From: Pocillopora damicornis
Lineage: Eukaryota
DNA length: 63,346 nucleotides
NCBI RefSeq assembly: GCF_003704095.1
Contig: NW_020844919.1
Span: 62,001 to 125,346 of the forward strand
Direction of reading: 5' to 3'
A program made the translations under genes and the position numbers. A model generated the notes under the pieces. The model made no database searches. It had not been told where the DNA came from and saw only the letters and a list, made by a program, of their open reading frames with translations. Shown piece by piece: positions 50,861 through 62,207 of the stretch (within the stretch, counting starts at the first letter, position 1; each line of letters starts with the position of its first letter).

Positions 50861-53800
50861 CTCGATTCATACTCTGGGCGCAAGTCATGACACGCATCTA
50901 CCGGCACATAAACCAATCAAGATTCACGTTATAAAAATCAAAGTCGCTGAAATCTGTGGCAAGCGCTAGCATCGTGTGAATGAACAATTACAGCTTTTCG
51001 NNNNNNNNNNNNNNNNNNNNNNNNNNNNNNNNNNNNNNNNNNNNNNNNNNNNNNNNNNNNNNNNNNNNNNNNNNNNNNNNNNNNNNNNNNNNNNNNNNNN
51101 CCCTAATTATTTCATAAATACACGTGGTAAACGCGCTGTCTGTTTTCGACTTTTCTGTATAGTGTGAAGCAAGCGGAACCTGTATGAGCAAGGTGCGACA
51201 AAGGAGTTGTACAAATTTCGGATATTTTACAGTACTAGGCGTGGACCGTTGTAATTAGGAAAAGAAGCAGAAAGTAAGAGCACGTGCAGGAATGTTCACT
51301 TCCGGTGATTGTGTATTTCAAGTCCGGTCTCGCCATTTTTTTCCTTATAAGAACCAGTATAGTTTTACTAGTTTTACAGTCTCCAATCTGTTTGTTCCCG
51401 CGTCCATTAAAACTTAGCCCACGTAGAAGCTTTCTTTCCGACGCCAATGATTAAAATAATTTCTCAAGAAATTATATGAAACTTCTGTTTTAAAATGTCA
51501 ACGTGTTTCCTTCATGAAACACAACTCTTGCGAATCGCTCAAATAACGATACTATTGGGTAAGCTTCCGCAGTCAATTGGCTTGTTAGTTTCCCATTAAA
51601 GGAAAAGAAGAAAAGTAGATGAAAAAACAGTTCCGCTGTCAGCGTTAGCAGTTCTTCATCTACATACCATCTTGAGGAATAACCATGTTGGCACCTAGTT
51701 TCAAACGTTAAGTGCATGGCATGAGCCAGTTACCAAATATTTTGGTTAAGGACTGTCCTTGTGCAGACCAGAAGACTTATCAGCCTTAAGATCGAGTTTA
51801 CAAGTCGAAAACAAATCGTGGTTTTTCTCTCAAAAAGTTGTTTGTTGAAAATGTATTCTTTTCTTTGATGATAATTAAGTCTAAATTTAAAAATGCTGTC
51901 AGCACTCGTTGTAACTGAGGTACTTATTTCCAAACGATCCGTTTTGTCTCTCTAAGGGACAAAGAAATTTGAAAGTCAAAAAAGCCGCAGACTCCAAATC
52001 GATCGTCAAACTATAAACTTATAAAATATTGAATCTTTAAATAATTAATTAGATATTGCTAACACGCGATTTATTTCCGAAATGTGGACTGAAAGAGTTT
52101 CATTAAGCCAATTTCCCCCCCAAAAAAATCTCTTTGCGATGACGTAATAAGAGGAAGTTTTTGAGTAAGAGTTGTTCCCAACGCACTCGACCTCCTTGGA
52201 AACTGCGTCGGCCTATATTGTTTGAGAACCTTTTACCACAAAGTTTTTAAACAAACAGAGTTTATGTTACAAAGGAAACATATGTACTAGTTGAAAGTGT
52301 CAGAAATTCGGATACAGCTGAGGAAATACCACGCAAACGTGGATATAGGTCGAACTCATCCTTCTCTCACTTACCTCTGTGCCTTAATTATCATAAACGT
52401 ATTTATAATTATCATCTAAAGGAGCAAGGGTGTATTCTTTTTGCCCGTGATCAAAACTCTGCAAAGTTTGATTGAAAATTGTGCGGAGCAAATTTTGCAG
52501 TAGTTAAACAAAGCTTTACATTGCGTCTTGTAACATAGGCGGATCACGTCAAAGAAATTACAGGACTCATGTTAGGAAAGAAGCAAGAAAGACACGGTTA
52601 TGACCAATTGGTGAATTGGTGAATTGAACACAACAGCTTATCAGACAGCTATGTGGTTAAAAACGCTCAAAGCTTGTTTCGCGATTGCATGTATATGTTC
52701 AATAAAGTACACACCGTGAAACATAACGAAGAAAGGACCTTTTCTGAAAATATTTCGAGACAACTATATATCTAAATATTACAGAGCTAGAGAATGCATA
52801 TTAGCAAGAGTTTCGATATCTCTTTGTTATAATAAAGCAAATCAGTTTTCCTGCAGTTTCGTGCACACAACCTTTTGTTAGACGTTGGGTAAAACCTGAA
52901 CTGTGAAACTTATCATAACGCAAGATGTTAATTTTTAAAACGCGTTGTTTGAAAGGAGTTTTAAGCATGTCGCAATGTTTGCTCTTAAGGACGTGATGGT
53001 TTGCACACATGAGCTCGACAATGATCAGTAGCAAAATATTAAACGCACAAGAATTATTCACAATATATAACAACCCTTACGAGCTTACCGAGCTTACCAT
53101 CTTGAAGGAAATACTCCAATATAACATAAAACCAGAGGAAACATCACGACCTGTTTCATATGTTCACTCACGCTAGGCTGGGTAATCGAGTGTGAAGACG
53201 ACAAATGTGCATAATTTAAGTTTGTTTAGTTTCGTCATGTCATGCTGACACAATTTTAAGTGTGCTAAATATTTTGCCTTTTAAGTGTGCCTGATATTTT
53301 GCTTCGGTGCATTCTCTGATAACCTCTCATTTTAAGTTTGATGAACCCAAAGACTGTGTGAAGTAAAGCGGATCACTGAGTCAAAATTTGAAATAACACT
53401 GAAACGAACGGTTTTGTGTATTAGAAAGAACAAACATTGAAATAATCTGCTCGATAAATATGAACGCGCTCAGACATAAACGTTCTCCAGATGGAAGAGC
53501 AATGTCAAGATGCGATGTTGTGCGCGGTAATACGTTTTAAAGAAGTTAACATCTTTTATAATTCAATGATTCAACTAAATTAGATTAAAAATAGTTTTAT
53601 TTAAATTAAGGAGGTTGTTATGTCTGTTTGAATTCTACAACGAAGGCTATTTACATATCAAACTATGTTGCACGTGTAATTATATTAACGGAATAACATA
53701 ATACCCGAACGATGTTAAGATTTAAACTCCTTAAAATCTGTTGAAAAAGTTAAACCACCGCACTAATAATATCAATTATCGCAATTCTCGAGTCTCGAAG

Positions 53801-55150
53801 ACAAGTGAGCTTCCTTGCGATAAGTAAACTAACTAAGTAATTAGAAAAATTATTTGATGGGCTCTGACATAATTTTAGGATTTGCCAAAAGGTGAAAATT
53901 TTACTGGTCGACAGTAAATTAAAAAGAGGCGTTCACGAGGTGCAAACTTCCTTCACGAAATTTCCTTCCCGTCATCAAGTGGGAGGAATGATCTTAACAT
54001 GATTAAGGAATTAGCAAATTATTGAAGAGGATTTAATAATGAACAATTAATATGTCGTGAGTTCCAGGTTTTCGTGAACTAATTTCAAGGCAACGGAACA
54101 GGTGGAAGGAAATGTTTGTTAATTTGTTTGCCTTAAAACACGGGGGGAAGTCGATGGGAAGTCGATGACAGAAAAGAAATGGGGGAGCAACAGTCGCATA
54201 GGAAACTGAAGTTAAACGCTTGTTAGCTACGTTTTAAACACGGAAAACTTAATGGAAAGCACATCACTCATCAATTTACCTTGATTTTCAAAAAAGTCGT
54301 CTAGCAGAAACAACTAAATGCCATTCGCATTAAAAAGAAGACGCAAATAGATCGTTATGGCTATTGAAATGGTAATTTGAACCATCGCGACGTTTAGGTT
54401 ATATTTTCGCGGTTGGGTTCTGGATGAAGCTAAGACACTGTTATTACTATATCGTACAAATGCTTTCTGTACTATTTCGGCTCTAAAATTTCAACCCTAA
54501 ACATGTTCACAATCCAAAGATCACGCGACCGTGAGAGAAATTGTTTTACAAGTAACGGAAGAATGCTTTTCGGGACAAAATAGCAAAAAATATACCGCAT
54601 TCCATTTAGCATACAGATATTTATAGTGTAAGTGACCTTAAACAAGTTGCAACTTTTAACTAAGAACGCTATACATTCCAAAACTTAATATTCCACACTT
54701 TTTAAAAAGTTGATTAAAATTGCTCAGAAACCTACCACAGCTAATTCAAGCACAGAAGAAAACGGAAAGATCGACATATTTTAGTCACCCAGGATTAAAG
54801 GCACAAAATTTTTGGTTTGAAAATCATTTTAAGACAGGAAGGTTTCCTTTTTCGGATAGTTAAGTTATTTTTATCATAACGGAGAGAATTATAAACTTGA
54901 AAGCGGAACAAAAAGAAAAGTGAACACGCGTTACTAGTTTCTCTAGGTGGGGGGACAAATTTGAGGAGCATAAAAAATCAACGTGGTGTGATCCACGAAA
55001 ATAGCAAAAATGTCACCAGAATGGCACTCCGCAGACATCTAACTGTACATTTTAACAATATCAAGTTTATTTTCCTTGTGAGAAGTTAACGAGCACATGC
55101 GCGTAGGAAGCATAATATTATGAACTGGAGCTGAGGTATCACTCCAATGT

Positions 55151-55172
55151 TGACGCCACAAATAATATATAA
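55151..55172 (+). promoter_or_regulatory. CRE half-site and TATA box of cytokine-like gene 4
   Basis: TGACGC at 55151, TATATAA at 55166-55172, ATG at 55365. Confidence 0.45.
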
Positions 55173-55364
55173 GAAGACGTACGAAGCCCTGGATCGCAGA
55201 AGCTTTCTGAACCGAAAGGCAGATTAAGAGCAAGCACGGAACCTGAAGACGGCAAGCATAGGACCGAGTAACGTCTAGCTACCCAGTGAGAGTAACTTAC
55301 AACTGAGAAGAGCTGAGTGCAACAATCCTTAATTCAATTTTCATTCAAGATCAAATCTCAAGCA

Positions 55365-55379
55365 ATGGTTATCAAAAAG
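55365..55379 (+). CDS. Cytokine-like gene 4, coding micro-exon 1 (MVIKK)
   Basis: ATG GTT ATC AAA AAG|GTAAGA phase 0, in frame with acceptor ttcgcag at 56495. An unspliced start at about 56460 is an alternative. Confidence 0.65.
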
Positions 55380-56361
55380 GTAAGATATCTGTTAAGTTCT
55401 GAACCTTTATAGACTGTGTATTAAGTAAAAACTAACTGAAAACGAGTGTTTATTTTATTACGTAAGCAATAGTCTAATATTTATCCAGTCTTCTCTGTCT
55501 TTCTACAAGACGGAGTTACATTAGTCTGGAAAAGAAATTTTCGGTCATTAATTTCATCAAGATTCGCCAACAAAGTTCGAAGTGGATTTAAAGTAAAAAT
55601 AAAAACTTCTTTGTAAAATCTCTTGTTAGCGTTTGGTTTCCATGAGGCTAATTCGTAACATAAAAAAAGGTTTTCTTACGCGGGTAGCCGAACATTTGCA
55701 ACAAATTTAAATTTTATCTGTAAATGCTCTTAACAGAAATCTCTACGGAAAAATCGTTGGAGAAAAAAATATACTATCTGATAATCTTAACACTTTTAAC
55801 TATAAAAACCCAAACACTAGGCAGTACGCATTCTCACAATTCATTTGAAAGTAAAATCTCCCCTCTCGGTCGCGAGTTAATGGTAAACGCACTCTCGTGT
55901 AAATCTTTAAAGCATCACATGTTTTGAGACTGATTTGAAACAAATCTTAAATTCAAATTATTGGTATCATCACTAACACCCACCGATTACTTTATGCGGC
56001 ATAAGTTAGCCATTGGTATCATTTGACTGGCTTTTTGTTTTTTAGTTTTTTTAATGAATCGTTCTTGCGTTCCTTGATCAGAACGTGAAGCTGAACAAAA
56101 AAAGAACAAAAAAATAATTTTTTCTTTAGTAATTTATTATCTTGCATGAAATTGGAACTTTATGAAATCTATGTCCTCTTTCACGTTGCCCACGAAACTC
56201 CCTCGCCAGTAGTAACTGACTTGCTTGTCAATTTTACGTCAATGTATTGACTCTAAATTTGTGAGACAAAGGAGACGTGCTGACGTAAGGGCTAGCGCTC
56301 TTAGCACTACTCTGTACTATTATATGTTTATCTTTTTGTGTGTGTTTGCTTACTCCTCTTT

Positions 56362-56384
56362 TGTTTGTTTGTTTGTTTGTTTGT
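56362..56384. repeat. (TGTT)n microsatellite
   Basis: tgtttgtttgtttgtttgtttgt. Confidence 0.85.
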
Positions 56385-56495
56385 TATTTAGTTTTTTGTT
56401 TTTCTTTAGCATATGTAAGTGATCAGGTGCGATGTTTAATAATCTTGTGGAAACGAAAAATGATGAAAGAATCCTTTTTGTTTCGTAATTCGCAG

Positions 56496-56924
56496 TTTTT
56501 GATGTGTGCGATTTTCATTGCGGTTATCATTTTTGGCTCCATGTCACCACCTGGTTGCAGCGGCTGTGTGGCGAGACAAAACTTAACTGATACTCAAATG
56601 ATGCAACGGATTCGCCAAAGGGGCTACCTTTTCATGAAAAACAAGCTCATTGGTTCTAATGGCTCCCAAAACAACTTCCCCAACGGGGCGCATGCAGGTA
56701 CCACACTATGTCCGTGGAAATGGGCTTTAGATGACAATCCCGACCGACTTCCCAGATTCCTATCAAAAGCTGTATGTCCTTCATGCAATCATTACTGCAA
56801 AGCCATACACTATACGCACACCTCTCTCATTCAGCGGTGCGATCGAACAACCGGTCTGATGTATTGGTCGTGGATGCCAAAGACAATGGCAATAGCTTAT
56901 GTGTATGTACCTAATAGAAAATAA
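56496..56924 (+). CDS. Secreted IL-17/Trunk-like cystine-knot-superfamily protein 4, exon 2 (147 aa spliced)
   Basis: Signal peptide, SGCV, then GTTLCPWKWALDDNPDRLPRFLSKAVCPSCNHYCKAIHY..RCD..WSW..AIAYVY; closest to paralog 3 (GTTYCPWVW). Confidence 0.85.
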   Translation, partial: FLMCAIFIAVIIFGSMSPPGCSGCVARQNLTDTQMMQRIRQRGYLFMKNKLIGSNGSQNNFPNGAHAGTTLCPWKWALDDNPDRLPRFLSKAVCPSCNHYCKAIHYTHTSLIQRCDRTTGLMYWSWMPKTMAIAYVYVPNRK

Positions 56925-59851
56925 TCCATCGTCAAGATGAACCGGCTGCCAGACAAAATATCTCTGGAGAACAGTACTAATGAACGAGGTTGCTAGTCTA
57001 GTTATCACATAGAAGTTGGTATAAAATAGGTTTATGAAACATGCGGCAAAGAAGGTATAACTAGTTACAGAGAACTAATAGCATAGTTCTCAGAAGCAGC
57101 CTATCAACAATATCTTAAGTGCTTTTTTAAATTACAGCTCGGTTTCTGGAATTTAGGTTATATTTTATTTACATTCAATGTTCAGAATAACGTTTCTGAC
57201 AAGAAATTTGCTTGTAAATCTTGTAGAATTAATTGGAATTCTAGTATTGTTTATGGCAATATTTTATTTAAATGGTATGTTTATAAAGTTTTAAGACAAG
57301 AAATTCGACGAAATTTTAAATTAAAAGACAGTGCAGTGCGGTTAATCTGTAACTTCCTCTAACTTCGATTAAATTGAAATCTGAATCAAAGCATTTTCCA
57401 TTTGAGACGGCTTCTTTTACTTTTAGTGATATAAATAAAATCGATTTATCCATCAAATTGTTAAATTGTTGTACAAAAGTCTACTATAAATGCAAGACCC
57501 AAGTTCGCCAAATATAACAGCGAGTTTTGGACTCGGCACAAGACAAAAGGAAAAATTTCGAGAAGACTTATCAAAACACGGACGCACAACAGCGGGTCTT
57601 ACCTTGTCCTTTACATTTACCTGTTACTCTGTTATTTCAGAAAAAATTGATAGATTCGCTTGCCGTCGAATTTTACTCCGGTGAAATACTAGTATCCTAT
57701 GAACAAGGATTTCCCGTAGAGTTTCTAACTGTCCATGACCACCCAATGGCATTGAAATTACAATATTAAAAAAAAAAGACGTCAAGAATCAAGCGAACAC
57801 TGAAATGTTAAATAAATGCAGATTTGTTCACGCAAAAAATGTTGTAAAAGATGCAAATTATCTTACAAGCTGTAAATGTTTGTTAAATAACACTTTTTTG
57901 GTCGCGCCTGAAAATTTGAAGGTAAATCAAAAATAGTACTCCCAAGTTGACAATAATCTAAATTTGAGAGGTGAAAGGGTTACAAGATAAGTGTCGTTTA
58001 TTATCCTTGCCTAAGAACCGCTCGACATAAATCAATTCTAATTGAGTCCCCAGACGTTATCGAAGACATCTATCGCTTACTCACCTTTTTTTAATTTTTT
58101 TTAATTTTTTTTTTCACGTCGTTTTTGCTAATGTCGGCATCTTCCCTAATTCGAGAGGTTCTAATCAAAAAGCAACTCCCGACTACCAGCAAATGAATTG
58201 ATGGTTATTGAACCAAAATGTACGAAATGGTGAAGTTTCACTTTGGAAAGCCTTTTTGTGGAGTTTTTCATGAGCCTCCTTATCTTTCTCAGAGAAATTT
58301 AATACCTAATTGTGTTTAATGTGCACAATTATATCGTGACAAATAGTTCGCTAGACAATACGCGCAGCACACGGCAAACTAAACATCAGAAAATAGTGTA
58401 GTATTTTCTGGATGTCAATATCTGTACTTTCTACAAACGATATCGTTTTAAATTCTTGTTACCATTATTTATTACTTACACCAGTATTCCCTACATAATA
58501 ATAATACAATGCTAGCACAAATTACGAACGTTATTGTATCTGCCCACATTACGTGAACGGAATAAAAAGTAACTGGAAGGCTAGATGCCGGGGCAGTGAA
58601 ACGTTCTCGTAACTCAGCTGCAATCGATCTCCCAATACATTAAATTTTGCTTTTAGGTTTCCCTTTGCCTTGAAATCAGCTGACTTTTTCTAGCATTTTG
58701 CCCTATTTTCTTTTTCAGCCACTGTACGGCAACTATGACCAAGAACACTGGCATGCTCACCTTTCCCGCCGAACGCATAGTAAGTTGCGATGAAACGAAA
58801 ACGTAAACACAGTGAACGATTCTGTTGAGTGACGGTTTAATTTAAGCAATGAGACGAAGAGCGGTACAACTCAATCGTCCTTGACCATGGTTTTGAATAT
58901 AATTACTACAGGAGGCTTCAAGAACCGACGGAAAGGACTCTTCTAAGAACCATGAAAACATTTCAAAGTTATTTCCCGTAGAAAAATAAAAAAAGATAAA
59001 GGTTTTGTACTTACCAACTAAATATTGCACTGTCGTCAATAAATGGCGACCCTTATACACAAATTAATTTATATTACTGGCGGCGAGAATGACTCAATTC
59101 GTTATCAGGAGTTCCACAAAGAGGTACAATTGATAAATTTCCATTAAACATTCTCCTACCAATTACCAGATAATTTTTTTTTTTCGTCAAGTATAAATGC
59201 TGGTCGCCAACATGCACGGCAAATAAGCGGGTAAAACTGTAATAGATTCTAAGTTTGCCGCCGCATAAAACGCTAATTAAAACACCGGTCAAATTCCGTG
59301 GATTCACACCAATGACCAAGAGGAGAGAACAAATTTCGCTACAGCTCGTGAATCCTCTAACAATTCGTCGAAAGTGATAACGACTGAAAAACTCAGAACA
59401 GTGCACACGGTAGTGTTTGAATCTCCTTCCACCGTGAAGCCGTACGCCTTTTAGAGGATAAGTTGAAAGCTCTCTGAAAGCATGAATGTTTCGCTGTTGA
59501 TTCTTGAGAGTGTAGATGAATTTCCCTTTCCGAATTTAATACAACCATACTGAAATACTCTATATCGCCGCAGTAATTACTTCTCCTGAATAAACATGTT
59601 TTCTTCAAGGAGCACACGTCAGCCTGACCTGACATTCACCGTGGGGGAGAACTTATGCGCGCGCATCACCGGATGTCAAGTTACCACTTCCGCTTGAATT
59701 ATGAGTTGTTTACTTCCAATAAAGACTTTTTTCCAACCAGTTTAATCGACCTTATTCTGATAAGAATTGCGTTCGAAGAAGTACTACATCTAGATTATTC
59801 AGATATCAGCATAATGTATAGATAAAGCCAAGCCTAAAAGCGGAGCTCGCA

Positions 59852-59945
59852 TTTTTTTTTTCCCGCACGTCTCAAGGGCACAGGATTAGAACCCGGGTCG
59901 TCTGTCTCGGAGCCCAGTGCACTGACCACTGGACTACTGAACAAA
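59852..59945 (-). mobile_element. tRNA-derived SINE / tRNA pseudogene with A-tail
   Basis: Minus strand reads tagtccagtggtcagtgcactgggctccgagacagacgacccgggttctaatcctg (A box, B box, imperfect stems), followed by an oligo-A tract. Confidence 0.55.
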
Positions 59946-61223
59946 GCCGTGGCGCATGTTAAAAGTAGCACTTTGTACGGTCGTACGGTCATACATCCAA
60001 ATTTTTTCGGCTTGATGGGTTTCAACTATTTTGTATAACTAGTTATAGTTCTCACTAGAGCTGCCCCCGCCCTACAGTACCATTTTNNNNNNNNNNNNNN
60101 NNNNNNNNNNNNNNNNNNNNNNNNNNNNNNNNNNNNNNNNNNNNNNNNNNNNNNNNNNNNNNNNNNNNNNNNNNNNNNNNNNNNNNNNNNNNNNNNNNNN
60201 NNNNNNNNNNNNNNNNNNNNNNNNNNNNNNNNNNNNNNNNNNNNNNNNNNNNNNNNNNNNNNNNNNNNNNNNNNNNNNNNNNNNNNNNNNNNNNNNNNNN
60301 NNNNNNNNNNNNNNNNNNNNNNNNNNNNNNNNNNNNNNNNNNNNNNNNNNNNNNNNNNNNNNNNNNNNNNNNNNNNNNNNNNNNNNNNNNNNNNNNNNNN
60401 NNNNNNNNNNNNNNNNNNNNNNNNNNNNNNNNNNNNNNNNNNNNNNNNNNNNNNNNNNNNNNNNNNNNNNGCCTCCTCGGGTTTTTGGCCCTCTGGGGCC
60501 AAAAACCCTGCGGGGGCAATTATGGGGTTACGTTCTGCGAGCTCCGCTATTATGTTCTTGCTGGGGCACTTTACCTTTACCTGAGTATTGTTATTTAGTA
60601 TGAGTATTGTTATACAGGAGCTGGTACTGCTGATGCTGGAGCGATATTTACAACATCAAGCACTTGGTTTGGCGCCGGAGGAGCAGGCACTTGTACAGCC
60701 ATGAAGCGAGGAAACGGGTTTTGGAGTGCCAGCTAAGCAGCTGGATCCAATCTAAACGGCGGGCTAGAGTAGAGCTGAAAGGGGTAGGCCCAACGTGGCA
60801 TTCATAATTTGGATATTCCCCCGAGGTATTTTATTAATATATGCAAATTACTTTGCATTGCTAGTCGAAGCACTGTCGCCTTTTTCCCGTTGAACCATAA
60901 CATCAATAACGACCGATTTCTTGATTGGTGAGCTAAACCCGAAATATCTGTTTACTGAAAAACATTTTCATTAGGATATCAAGTTTTGTACAACTTGAAT
61001 TTGAAGTATAATAGCCTTGAATCTGCTTTTTTATCTATTCAATGTAATTTAATGCAACACTTTTTACAATTTACAAAAAATATTTTCAAGATTTCGCGAA
61101 CAAAAAAAATTGACACATTGGTACAGATCGAACCGGAGTCTCCAATCTCATCAAGAACAATGAAAATATATCAGTAATCTACAACTTCATATTACAAACT
61201 CTTGCCGCGGGTCTATAGTAAAC

Positions 61224-62207
61224 TCACTTGATGCTCTCTCGTGACGTTACATTCTGTATCTCTCTGAGTGCCTTTTGAAGAACATGGACAAAAAATGTTT
61301 CAGCTTCAGCAGACATGGGTTTTTCAAACATATGCAATATCTGCGCGAGGATTCCAAACACCATTCGGCTAGGGTCGGAATGTGTGCCAAGAAATTGCTC
61401 TGAGGCGCTCGAGAAGTGGCAAGCAGTCTTCTCCCGCACGATGGTGGCTGGTATTGGCATGGTTTTCGTCATAGAGGAATCTTTCCGCGTGCGTTTAGCA
61501 GCATGAATGTCCCCTGACCTTTTTACTGGGACAGTAAATTGATCTGTTGATGCAAACTGCTCATAGAAACTTGGAAAGAAAGGATCTTCGTCAGATTCCT
61601 TATTCAGCCTAACCGCGGAATTAGAAGGTTTCATAAAGGTAGATCTCCTCCCCTCAAATTTTGCGTCGTAATCGCGGGAATAAGGTTGATGGTTTCTCGC
61701 TGTCTCGCCGGGAGTCTGGCCATCCCTTTTTGGGCTGTAACAGTGCAACGAATCTGTCTGTCGAGGAACTTGACAATCCTCTTTTGGGTTATAAAGGGGA
61801 AACGAGGTCGTCTGCTTTTCAATCCCAAAACGACCACTGAAACCAGGCTGTGGGGCCATATCAGCTACCTGTCGTTCCAAAAACCTCTCATACTCTTCTA
61901 ATTCATCCAGGAGCTGTTTCTCTGCATCATGATCTAGAATGGCTGGACTTAAGGACGCTACATTGCTATCATTATTACTGTTCTGCAAGATGTTCGCAGT
62001 CGTGTCAGCCGAAGCCCCACCGGCCTGACTGTCAGGTTTGTCTTTTCGAGATGTGCTGACATGCCTGGTTTGCAACTTAAAGTTCACGCATTGTGGCAGG
62101 ACACAGAAGATGTCTGCACAATTTTTTCCGTGAACATCATAGTCAAGACTCCCTCGAAATGTTGGGGCATTACGCATGACAGGCGCCATATGCAGAAGTC
62201 TGTTCAT
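61224..62207 (-). CDS. TAZ-family protein 4 with a single remaining zinc site, 327 aa
   Basis: HGKNCADIFCVLPQCVNFKL matches site 1 of the paralogs (HALDCVDPNCLLPLCVNLKL). The C-terminal ILAQILHMFEKPMSAEAETFFVHVLQKAL aligns with the paralog 3 C-terminus. Acceptor at about 62220. Confidence 0.8.
   Translation of the reverse strand: MNRLLHMAPVMRNAPTFRGSLDYDVHGKNCADIFCVLPQCVNFKLQTRHVSTSRKDKPDSQAGGASADTTANILQNSNNDSNVASLSPAILDHDAEKQLLDELEEYERFLERQVADMAPQPGFSGRFGIEKQTTSFPLYNPKEDCQVPRQTDSLHCYSPKRDGQTPGETARNHQPYSRDYDAKFEGRRSTFMKPSNSAVRLNKESDEDPFFPSFYEQFASTDQFTVPVKRSGDIHAAKRTRKDSSMTKTMPIPATIVREKTACHFSSASEQFLGTHSDPSRMVFGILAQILHMFEKPMSAEAETFFVHVLQKALREIQNVTSRESIK

Noticed and set aside
59880-59945. Functional tRNA gene
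   Set aside because: Acceptor and anticodon stems do not pair cleanly, the B box is mutated and there is an A-tail; treated as a SINE or pseudogene.
60026-60519. Long ORFs spanning the N run
   Set aside because: Artifacts of translating Ns; the same applies at the other gaps.
19340-62207. Calling the TAZ genes CREBBP/EP300 or exons of one CBP gene
   Set aside because: Four separate ATG-to-stop units, each repeating the TAZ plus C-terminal architecture; no HAT, bromo or KIX exons are seen.
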